From an uncultured cyanobacterium (GTDB lineage Bacteria > Cyanobacteriota > Cyanobacteriia > Cyanobacteriales > CAWCAG01), in assembly GCA_963803805.1 (NCBI GenBank), contig CAWDOD010000004.1, forward strand, positions 416,001 through 480,000: 64,000 bases of DNA, read 5' to 3'. Of this stretch, positions 52,734 through 60,899 are shown piece by piece (the stretch's first letter is position 1; every line of letters starts with the position of its first letter). A program made the translations under genes and the position numbers. The notes under the pieces are model-generated. The model saw nothing but the letters and a program-made list of their open reading frames with translations. It was not told the DNA's origin and searched no databases.

Positions 52734-54746
52734 CTACAAATCGCACCAATTCACTTCTTGCCCATTTTCAGTAATGCAGCCATCCTTAATCTTTAACTCC
52801 CTACCTAAAAATGTCGTTAAGCTGAAGCTAGGACGAACATTTACTGGATAAATTTCGTAGGCTAAAGATTGTTCTAGCAAAATGCCAATAGCTACTTTTT
52901 CCCCCATCACCAGGCTGTCGATATAGTCGGTGTAGTAATGTACCCCAGCCATATTTCGCCCCATGGAGATGTTGGCAGCAAGCTTGTTTAACTCATTCCC
53001 TACTGTTAAGGGTGTTTGTCCTAAATTCGTCGCTTCTCCCAGTTGCTTTCCCTCAGATACATAGGCAAGGGGTAGATCACTATCCTTCTGATACTTATCA
53101 CGAGGAATAATTGCTAAATTTCCCTCACGCTTCACCAACAAAGCATCAGTATCAAAAAAGGCTTTAAGCATAGTCACACAAGCCCCTGCAACGGTAGCGT
53201 GTCCTGCACCATAGGATGGGTGCATTGGTGAACCTTCCGGGAAAGCCATGGGTAGTAAGGCGGTTTTATCTCCTATATTCTCATTAGGATGCTTGAGATA
53301 TTTTCGCAGGTCATTCTTTTTCTCACTATTCTGCTCACCATTGTGTTCTTTGATAAGTTCGAGAAGGTTAATGCCTCCTTGGAGGGTATTGAGAACATCA
53401 TATGTCTGCTGTAATTCCTCAATCCCTGTAATTTTGTTCAAGTTAATTGCTTCCATCCAACCCCCAAGGGCCTCTGGACGCTGGCGACAGTGGACGTTAA
53501 ACTTTTGATACCGTACTGCTTTCAGGGCGCGAGTTGCTACTTCTGTAACTAAGTTAAGAATGTGGGGACCACCAAACAAAGCGAAGCCATCAACTCTACC
53601 CAAACCACTAGCACTCTTTTGTTTAGCTTGGTCTGAGAAAATATTACTAAGCTGTAAAATGCCTGGCTCGAAGGGTGCTTTGTGGCCTAGAAGAATTAAA
53701 CAAGCATTGAGATAAGCTTCGTAGAGAGCATCAAAGTGAACGTAGGTTGCGAGATCCCGCAGGGTAGTTATAAAGCGTTTATCCTGCTCAAATTTATCAA
53801 ACCCCTTCAAATTGGCCCCATCTTGAACATCAAGAAAAACATCCCAGGTAGTCAGGTGATCCAGCCCTGAAAAGGCGAGAATGACCTTTTGCTCAACTTT
53901 TACTGCACCATAGTCAATTAATCCCTTTGTAATATTTTCCTGGCTATTTTCAGGCCCAGGAGTACCAATAAGAAGAAACTGGGATAAATAAGGGCCAATT
54001 AAATCCCCTGATGTAGCACCTCGGAAAATAGTTTGCTCATCTAAGTACTTCTGAGAATTCAATTGGCGTTTACGTCGTTTTAAGCCCGGTGCAGTGGGCA
54101 TCTCGTTTTGCATCCAGGGTAAGGAATTGAGGTGTTGGATCGCCTTTTGAACCTTGTCGTTACCAGTTCCTTTTTGCAACTCACTAAAATAAACATCCCG
54201 TAAAAGAGCTAGCCAGTAAACCTCTGCCATTTCAAAAGTGAGTTGCTCTGAACCCAATTTTGGGGCTGGGGGCATGGTGACGCTGTGGCTGTCGGGGCCG
54301 TGCATTTCAAAGGTTAAGCCTGCTGAGGAAGTTTCCCAACCTCGTTTTTTGACACGATCCTCAACACTTCGCCAACTAATTTCACCATTGGCTTCTGGGG
54401 TTTTACCAAGTTGTAATTGAGGATCATTAAAGAAATCACCTTTGTGGGTTGCTACGCGGAAACGTTTAAATTGTTCGGGTTCGACTAAACCGTTTTCCTT
54501 ATGGGGTAGCCCTTTGGTAAAAGAAGCTACAAACGATTGGTTTTGGAATTTTGCTTCATCACCGTTGGCTTGGTGTTTAGCCCCACAGTTGGTTAGCCTT
54601 ATTGCTTGCCACCGTAGCATTTTAACCCTGAGTTCCCGTAAATGCCTTAGCCCAAAGAAACCACCCAGAAAAAATTTGCGTACTAGGTTTTCTTTTTCTA
54701 GCTTCTCTCTGTCCAGGAAATCACTTAACTGATTGCTATTATTCAT
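52734..54746 (-). CDS. Vanadium-dependent haloperoxidase (bromoperoxidase type)
   Basis: YQKFNVHCRQRPE, HPSYGAGHA, RNMAGVHY vanadate-binding motifs; FTKGLPH, GPYLSQF. Confidence 0.92.
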   Translation of the reverse strand: MNNSNQLSDFLDREKLEKENLVRKFFLGGFFGLRHLRELRVKMLRWQAIRLTNCGAKHQANGDEAKFQNQSFVASFTKGLPHKENGLVEPEQFKRFRVATHKGDFFNDPQLQLGKTPEANGEISWRSVEDRVKKRGWETSSAGLTFEMHGPDSHSVTMPPAPKLGSEQLTFEMAEVYWLALLRDVYFSELQKGTGNDKVQKAIQHLNSLPWMQNEMPTAPGLKRRKRQLNSQKYLDEQTIFRGATSGDLIGPYLSQFLLIGTPGPENSQENITKGLIDYGAVKVEQKVILAFSGLDHLTTWDVFLDVQDGANLKGFDKFEQDKRFITTLRDLATYVHFDALYEAYLNACLILLGHKAPFEPGILQLSNIFSDQAKQKSASGLGRVDGFALFGGPHILNLVTEVATRALKAVRYQKFNVHCRQRPEALGGWMEAINLNKITGIEELQQTYDVLNTLQGGINLLELIKEHNGEQNSEKKNDLRKYLKHPNENIGDKTALLPMAFPEGSPMHPSYGAGHATVAGACVTMLKAFFDTDALLVKREGNLAIIPRDKYQKDSDLPLAYVSEGKQLGEATNLGQTPLTVGNELNKLAANISMGRNMAGVHYYTDYIDSLVMGEKVAIGILLEQSLAYEIYPVNVRPSFSLTTFLGRELKIKDGCITENGQEVNWCDL

Positions 54747-54920
54747 GATTCGCTTTGTTTAAAAGAATCCAAATGACCCAATAGTAGTAATCACATCTTG
54801 ATGAGCTATATGTGAGTTCACAAGACGCGATATTAATATTGCTCATCAACAGGAGTTATGTGAGTTCCGGGGTGGATATTAGAAGCAACATAAATCTTTA
54901 CTTTTTTGCAAAGATGTGTA

Positions 54921-55733
54921 TTACTCCAAAAAGTTACTACTAATCAAATCTACTTGAAATACCTCAGCAAATGCTTCAGCTATATCTTGCTGCACTACCT
55001 CAAACTTAATTCCTTGTCTAAACTGAGCTAAACTAGCAACTGGTTTGTTGGCAATACCACAGGGAACAATGCGTTCAAAACCCGTAAGATCAGGACAGAC
55101 GTTAAGGGCAAAACCGTGCATAGTAATCCAGCGACTAACTTTAATACCAATAGCCGCCACTTTATTTCCTTCTACCCAAACTCCTGTTAAACCAGGTTCC
55201 CGCACTCCAGGAAGCCCGTAATTTTTTAAGACTGTGATAATTACTTCTTCTAATTGGCGTAAATACCAATGCAAATCCTGCTGATAGTAACGCAGATTAA
55301 GAATAGGATAACCGACTAGTTGCCCTGGACAGTGGTAGGTAACTTCTCCTCCTCGCTCGATACGATGAACTTCCCAATTGCTATAGTGAGGGGAAAATTT
55401 GAGAAAATCTAATTTAGCTCCTTTGCCCAAGGTATAAACGGGGGGATGCTCTAACAATATAAGTACATCATTAAGGTTAGGGTTTTCTTTTCTTTGGGCA
55501 ACTAAGGCAAGTTGTTCTTGCCAAGCAGTTTTATAGGCTGTTAAGCCTCGATTATATAGCACACATTGCCTGTTCAATTCAACAGCATTTATAGCTTTTA
55601 CCTGGGAATTTAGTTTAAAAAATGTCAAGGGATGCAAAGGATAATAAAGAGTATTTCCGGAAAATATGCTTTCATCTATACAAAGTGTTAAGCTAAGGTT
55701 ATAGAGCAAGTTGTCAAGGAGGAAACTTCTCAA
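54921..55733 (-). CDS. lipB: Lipoyl(octanoyl) transferase (true start probably near 55600)
   Basis: [37 protein letters not shown]. Confidence 0.95.
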   Translation of the reverse strand: MRSFLLDNLLYNLSLTLCIDESIFSGNTLYYPLHPLTFFKLNSQVKAINAVELNRQCVLYNRGLTAYKTAWQEQLALVAQRKENPNLNDVLILLEHPPVYTLGKGAKLDFLKFSPHYSNWEVHRIERGGEVTYHCPGQLVGYPILNLRYYQQDLHWYLRQLEEVIITVLKNYGLPGVREPGLTGVWVEGNKVAAIGIKVSRWITMHGFALNVCPDLTGFERIVPCGIANKPVASLAQFRQGIKFEVVQQDIAEAFAEVFQVDLISSNFLE

Positions 55734-56070
55734 ATCTCACTCCAAAGCTTAGCCAGAGTATAGCTGAAGAAGAACTATCTTTTTAGTTTAAACGCACATA
55801 TTGCACATATACATTCAAAGTCCTTTTTCAGACAAAATCATCTCACAGCCTAGTAAGAGTAGTAAAGTTGAGCTTTGTTGTCAAGATTTAGAGACAATTT
55901 TTATCTTCAATAAATGTTTCAATTAACCAATTTTCTTAGTTGGGGAAAGATATAGGCTTTATACCATATCAATGGCAAAGATTTAATTGAGTATCTCCAG
56001 CTTAAAAAGGAGACAGTTTTCTTCTTTGCTGCCAACAGAAAACTTAGCAGAACGAAATGGAGTATCCAAT

Positions 56071-56736
56071 ATGAAGCTTTTAATCCAGGGCAATAATATT
56101 GTAGTCACCGATGCAATTCGTGAGTATGTTAATACCAAGTTAGAAAAATCTGTTCGACACTTTCAAAATATCACCAGTACTATTGATGTACACTTATCGG
56201 TAGGACGCAATCCCCGGATCACAGGCAGACAAAAAGCAGAGGTTACAGTTCATGCTAATGGTACTGTCATACGCGCTCAGGAGAGTAGCGAAGATTTGTA
56301 CGCTAGCATTGATTTGGTTTCTGATAAAATAGCCCGTCAGCTACGCAAGTATAAAGAAAAACATTTGCATAATAAGACTCATGCCCAACCTAAAACTGGG
56401 GTTATGATTGAAGATGAGCCAGTGGTAGGAGATTTAGTGGGCGATCGCACCCCTGAATTACCTAGTGAGGTGGTACGGACAAAATACTTCACTATGCCAC
56501 CAATGAGTATAGAGGAGGCTTTAGGCAATTTACAGTTAGTTGACCACGATTTCTATATGTTCTGCAACGAAGAAACAGGACAAATCAATGTTATTTACCA
56601 ACGCAATCATGGTGGTTATGGTGTGATTATACCCCGCCCTAGTAATAGTGAAAGCAATGGTAAGAATGGTAGTAATGGCCATGTTAAAGAAGCAGACTAT
56701 GAATCATTAGAGGCATATCCTGCTGCCCAGGTTTAG
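56071..56736 (+). CDS. lrtA: Ribosome hibernation factor (long HPF, LrtA)
   Basis: [42 protein letters not shown]. Confidence 0.93.
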   Translation: MKLLIQGNNIVVTDAIREYVNTKLEKSVRHFQNITSTIDVHLSVGRNPRITGRQKAEVTVHANGTVIRAQESSEDLYASIDLVSDKIARQLRKYKEKHLHNKTHAQPKTGVMIEDEPVVGDLVGDRTPELPSEVVRTKYFTMPPMSIEEALGNLQLVDHDFYMFCNEETGQINVIYQRNHGGYGVIIPRPSNSESNGKNGSNGHVKEADYESLEAYPAAQV

Positions 56737-56773
56737 GATTTAGGGTAGTAGCGGCAGTGGGGGAAAGAAGTTG

Positions 56774-57793
56774 TTAGTTTTCTCGAATAATTAGAGTATA
56801 CTTTCCCTTACTGCCGGACTCATAACTATTAACAATAATGCGATAGGTATCTTCTTTTGGTAAAGTAATCGTTAGCCGAGAATTTTTATTTTCGTTGCTA
56901 ATATCGTCATTTTCGCCGATTACCTGATTATCAGAATTAACTATAGCTAAATAAGCATCAAAGTCTTCGCTTTTTAAGGAAATAGTTATTGATTGGGCTG
57001 TAGTTCCTAGAAAAGGATAACTATCATATAAACTGCTATCTGAACTAAGAGCGTTATCTCCTTCTTCTAAAGCTCCTTCTTTTACCATTAAAGGTAGGGA
57101 ATCTTCATAGCTTTGGGCATAAGCGATCGCACAGAGATTGCCAAAAACAGAATGAACATCACAAGCAACTCCTGTGGCACTGTAGTTTGGTTCAAGGATA
57201 TTTTGTCGATGGATGCGGTTAGGAATACCATCATCAATAACCATCAACATAACAATATCCTGAGCGGAACTACCGCCGTAACTAATATTTTCTCCTCGCT
57301 TTCCTGTGACAATACCGTAGAGGGTAATCTTTTCCTCAAGTTTAATAGAATCCCTAGGTATCCCCTGATTCGTACTAATCCCTTCTTTTACCAAATCCTT
57401 TGCTGCCATAGACATACCGTCAAACGTTGTTAAAGGCGGCAGAGGTTGCCTTTGGCGTAGTACGGTAATTGCTTCATCTAAAGCACTAACCCCTTCTTTT
57501 GTTAAGACGATAGTACGACCAGGTATTCTTAATAAAGTATCGCTGTAATATTGTCTCATCTCCTCTAGCTGATCAGCATAAGCAGCCGGGTTTGTTCGTA
57601 CCTGGTTAATTTGGGCAATAATTTCTTGCTCCAAAACTGATTGTATGATGGGGCTGACTCGTGTAGGATTCGGTATTTCGCTTTGTGCTATCACCTCCCT
57701 ATCTTTTTCATTGGCGAAGGATGATGTAGCGTCGACTCCACCCCATAACAGGGAACTCACTAACAAGGTTGAAGATATTATTTTTAGCTGCAT
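56774..57793 (-). CDS. Secreted CAP/SCP domain protein with C-terminal PPC domain
   Basis: Signal peptide; INQVRTNP, GENISYG, DDG...HRQNI; FDAYL...ENDD...GKYTL. Confidence 0.85.
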   Translation of the reverse strand: MQLKIISSTLLVSSLLWGGVDATSSFANEKDREVIAQSEIPNPTRVSPIIQSVLEQEIIAQINQVRTNPAAYADQLEEMRQYYSDTLLRIPGRTIVLTKEGVSALDEAITVLRQRQPLPPLTTFDGMSMAAKDLVKEGISTNQGIPRDSIKLEEKITLYGIVTGKRGENISYGGSSAQDIVMLMVIDDGIPNRIHRQNILEPNYSATGVACDVHSVFGNLCAIAYAQSYEDSLPLMVKEGALEEGDNALSSDSSLYDSYPFLGTTAQSITISLKSEDFDAYLAIVNSDNQVIGENDDISNENKNSRLTITLPKEDTYRIIVNSYESGSKGKYTLIIREN

Positions 57794-57891
57794 AGTTAAT
57801 TTTAGTGATCCTCAAGGTTAAGCCATTATAAAAGAAAATTCCCGAATCTTCCTAGTGAAAAGCAAATTATTTAGAAATGTATCAATGGCTT

Positions 57892-57947
57892 ATTGCTATT
57901 AAATATCAATATGCTATCCTAAGCTTATTGTGAATAATTACTATCAA
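57892..57947 (+). promoter_or_regulatory. Tandem Fur-box-like sites upstream of the small peptide gene
   Basis: ATTGCTATTAAATATCAAT (57892-57910) and ATTGTGAATAATTACTATCAA (57927-57947) resemble a TTGA-N-AAT-N-ATT-N-TCAA palindrome. Confidence 0.45.
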
Positions 57948-57957
57948 GAGGTGCATC

Positions 57958-58095
57958 ATGACAGTCAAATCCCAGCCAGTAAAACAGAGTAAGATTGAGA
58001 TTGAAGTCAAAAATCTTGCCCCGGAAACTAATACAGATACCACCGTTAAAGGTTATCAAAGTGGAGCCTTTGATGGGGATGATGGCTCTGATTAG
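57958..58095 (+). CDS. Putative RiPP precursor peptide, 45 aa, Asp/Gly-rich C-terminus
   Basis: RBS AAGAGGTG; MTVKSQPVKQSKIEIEVKNLAPETNTDTTVKGYQSGAFDGDDGSD; same strand, directly upstream of the JmjC gene. Confidence 0.7.
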   Translation: MTVKSQPVKQSKIEIEVKNLAPETNTDTTVKGYQSGAFDGDDGSD

Positions 58096-58127
58096 TTAAG
58101 ATACTTTTTAAAATTGGTTTAGATTCA

Positions 58128-58234
58128 TATAGCAATTATTAGTACCATGAGGTAAGCCTTAGACTCTATTTTTGCTAATAGCTAGTGGCGAATGGCTAAT
58201 AGAAATGTACCTCCGCAGCTTGGGAATTGCTATA
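58128..58234. mobile_element. MITE-like element
   Basis: TIRs TATAGCAATT...GAGGTA / TACCTC...AATTGCTATA. Confidence 0.65.
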
Positions 58235-58246
58235 TGTCTTTTTTGG

Positions 58247-58275
58247 GGAAGTAAAATTGTTACAATTTTGCTTCC
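58247..58275 (+). terminator. Stem-loop between peptide gene and JmjC gene
   Basis: GGAAGTAAAATTGT-T-ACAATTTTGCTTCC. Confidence 0.6.
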
Positions 58276-58350
58276 TTCCTTAGTTTAAGTAAAAGAGATA
58301 ACTTAATCTATTGCTGAAAAAGTATTTATAGCAATCATCCAAGAAATAAC

Positions 58351-59531
58351 ATGGAAAATCTCTCTATTAACTCTGTGATCGCAGAAATTTTATCTCCCTA
58401 CGAATTAGTCGAATTTTTTGAGAAGTATTGGACGCAAAAGAGCATTTTTATTCCTAATAATGGTCGTCGCTTCAACCAGATTTTCTCCTGGCAAAAACTC
58501 AACCATTTACTTAACTTTCATGAGTTCGATTACCCCTCTCTACGTTTAGCTAAAAATGGAGAAGTTTTACCTCCGAAAGAAAACGCTCATTTCCTGAAAC
58601 ATTGTCAAGAGGGAGCAACTTTAATCATTGATCGTTTACACAAACTGGTTCCTGAAGTAGGGCGTTTTGCCGCAGCAATCAAAGATGATTTAGGTCATCC
58701 TTTACAAGTAAATATGTATTGTTCTTGCCCCAAGTACAGGGATTCAAGTGTCATTATGATACCCACGAAGTATTTATTTTACAAGTAGATGGCTGTAAAC
58801 AATGGCATATTTTTGCTGATACAGTTAAGTACCCTTTAAAAGAAGAGAAATCATCTGCTCATTGCCCCCCCGAAAGTGAACCTTATTTAAGCTGTATCCT
58901 CGAACCTGGGGATGTTCTCTATATTCCGAGAGGACATTGGCATTATGCTAAGACAGTAGATCAACCATCTTTACACCTTACTTTAGGGGTACATTGTTTA
59001 ACGGGAATAGACTTTTTGCAGTGGTTAACAAAACAGCTAAAGGAAGAACAAGAATGGCGAACTAATTTACCGGTGATTAATAATAACTGTTCTGTTTCTC
59101 TCAACAAATACTTAGATAGTTTAACAGGGAGTTTAGCTAATTATTTACACACTAACAACTCTAGTGCTGAATATGCACAATATATAGCCAATTCAGAAAA
59201 TCTCATTCCTAAGTATGCCTTTCCCTATCAAGCGGGCTACCAAATTTTTGCCCAAGGTATCAACACAAAGTTTATGCGTCCAAAGTACCAGCGATCGCAG
59301 ATTATAGAATTACCAGGACAGCAAGGTTATAAAATTATAGTTTGGCACAAAGAAATCATCTTAAAAGGTGTCCCCAAATCTTTTGTTAATAAGTTATTTC
59401 ATCAAGAAACTTTTACTGGTATAGATGTAGCCAGTTGGTTGTCAGAGGATTTTGATTGGGAAGTAGATATTGCCCCGACTCTACGGCGTTTAGTTACAGA
59501 AGGAATTATTTTTGTTGTCAATGATGCCTAG
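58351..59531 (+). CDS. JmjC/cupin-4 (YcfD/RoxA-like) 2OG-Fe(II) hydroxylase, 1-nt frameshift at about 58727-58731
   Basis: FFEKYW, GATLII, GFKCHYDTHEVFILQVDGCKQW, LEPGDVLYIPRGHWHYA, SLHLT; winged-helix-like C-terminus; about 393 aa when joined. Confidence 0.85.
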
Positions 59532-59863
59532 TAAGCTGGCAGGTATTTATATTGTCGATGGGGGGAGGTAATGGGTAATAGGTAATGGGTAAGAATTACA
59601 GCTTATCATCTTAGTTAATTCAACAATATAAGGCTTTGTGATCGCACAATTTTTTTGCCTACAAGTAACATAAAATACGGCAAGCCGAACATTGCTCAGT
59701 TATCAATAAATATACTTAAAAAATAAAATCCATAATCTCTCTGAAGTTAATTGCTAAATTCTTGCATTAAGATGAAAGTCAAGATTTACTCAAATTCCTT
59801 ATTAAACCTAGGAGGAGTGAGAAATCATCTTTTAGTAACAAAAAATTAAATCCCATCTAATTT

Positions 59864-60871
59864 ATGACTCCTTTCTTCTGTGCCAACCTGTCTCGTCAGC
59901 TAGGGGAAGACATCATTGGTAGCGCTCCCTCTTACCAAACCTACATCATGGTAGAATGCCCTTATCCTTGGGCAGAAAATGCCTTTAAATCTCAAGGCGT
60001 TCCCCAAAACTTAAGGGAGTTGGTAGCAGAAGTTAAGGAAGCCAACTTATCTATTCGCTTTCTTTTAACCTTACCCCCGCAACCAGATCCAGAAAATCAG
60101 ACGCGGGTATTAATTTTCCAGAAACAGTCAGGGCTAGCTGTCGGTTATAAGAAACAAGCAATTAAGGTAAGCAATATCACAGATGTTGCACCACTATTAA
60201 ATAAATACTTAACATCAGAAGGTTTGCAAATTGAAGGTAAAGCCAGTAGAATCAGAGATTTCTTTGTTTGCACCCATGGAAGCCATGATAAATGTTGTTC
60301 TCGCTACGGTTATCCCTTCTTTCGCCAAGGTGTAGCTATGGTTGAGAAGCTAGGTTTAGAGGATGTAGGTTTTTGGCAAGTAAGTCATATTGGGGGACAT
60401 AGGTTTGCCCCAACCTTAATTAGCCTACCTGATGGCAGGTATTATGGGGCTTTAGACCAGGAATCTTTACAAGCAATCCTCTTACATCAAGGGGATATCA
60501 CTTGCTTAAACAGAGTTTATCGCGGTTGGGGGCTTTTACCCAGAAAAGTCCAAGTTTTAGAAAGAGAATTAATCTTACGCCACGGTTGGGAATGGTTATC
60601 TAATTCTGTTAGTTGTCGTATTCTTCAAGATTTTCCTGAAAAGAATTTAACCCAAGTAGAGTTATTTTGCCAAACCAGCAACGGAGAGACTTGTGCTTAC
60701 CAAGGAGATATTATCATAGATGAAAGTAAAACTCTGACTATGCCAGGTTCTTGTCATGCAGACAAGGCATCAACCTTTGTTAAGTATACTGCTACAAATA
60801 TTCGTCAAGTAACTAAAGTACAATCTCTAGATCATAAGCGTTCTGTATCTAGAGTCGAAAAATCAGCTTAG
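59864..60871 (+). CDS. Sucrase/ferredoxin-like (thioredoxin-like 2Fe-2S) protein
   Basis: VCTHGSHDKCC...G, SHIGGHRFAPT, YRGWG. Confidence 0.9.
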   Translation: MTPFFCANLSRQLGEDIIGSAPSYQTYIMVECPYPWAENAFKSQGVPQNLRELVAEVKEANLSIRFLLTLPPQPDPENQTRVLIFQKQSGLAVGYKKQAIKVSNITDVAPLLNKYLTSEGLQIEGKASRIRDFFVCTHGSHDKCCSRYGYPFFRQGVAMVEKLGLEDVGFWQVSHIGGHRFAPTLISLPDGRYYGALDQESLQAILLHQGDITCLNRVYRGWGLLPRKVQVLERELILRHGWEWLSNSVSCRILQDFPEKNLTQVELFCQTSNGETCAYQGDIIIDESKTLTMPGSCHADKASTFVKYTATNIRQVTKVQSLDHKRSVSRVEKSA

Positions 60872-60899
60872 AGGCAATAAATACTATGATAAATGAGAT

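Noticed and set aside
52734-58095. Haloperoxidase as a tailoring enzyme for the peptide's Tyr
   Set aside because: It is on the opposite strand and separated by lipB, lrtA and a CAP gene; no evidence of linkage
17721-59691. 27-bp repeats as a CRISPR array
   Set aside because: Copies are kilobases apart with no regular spacers, and no cas genes are present
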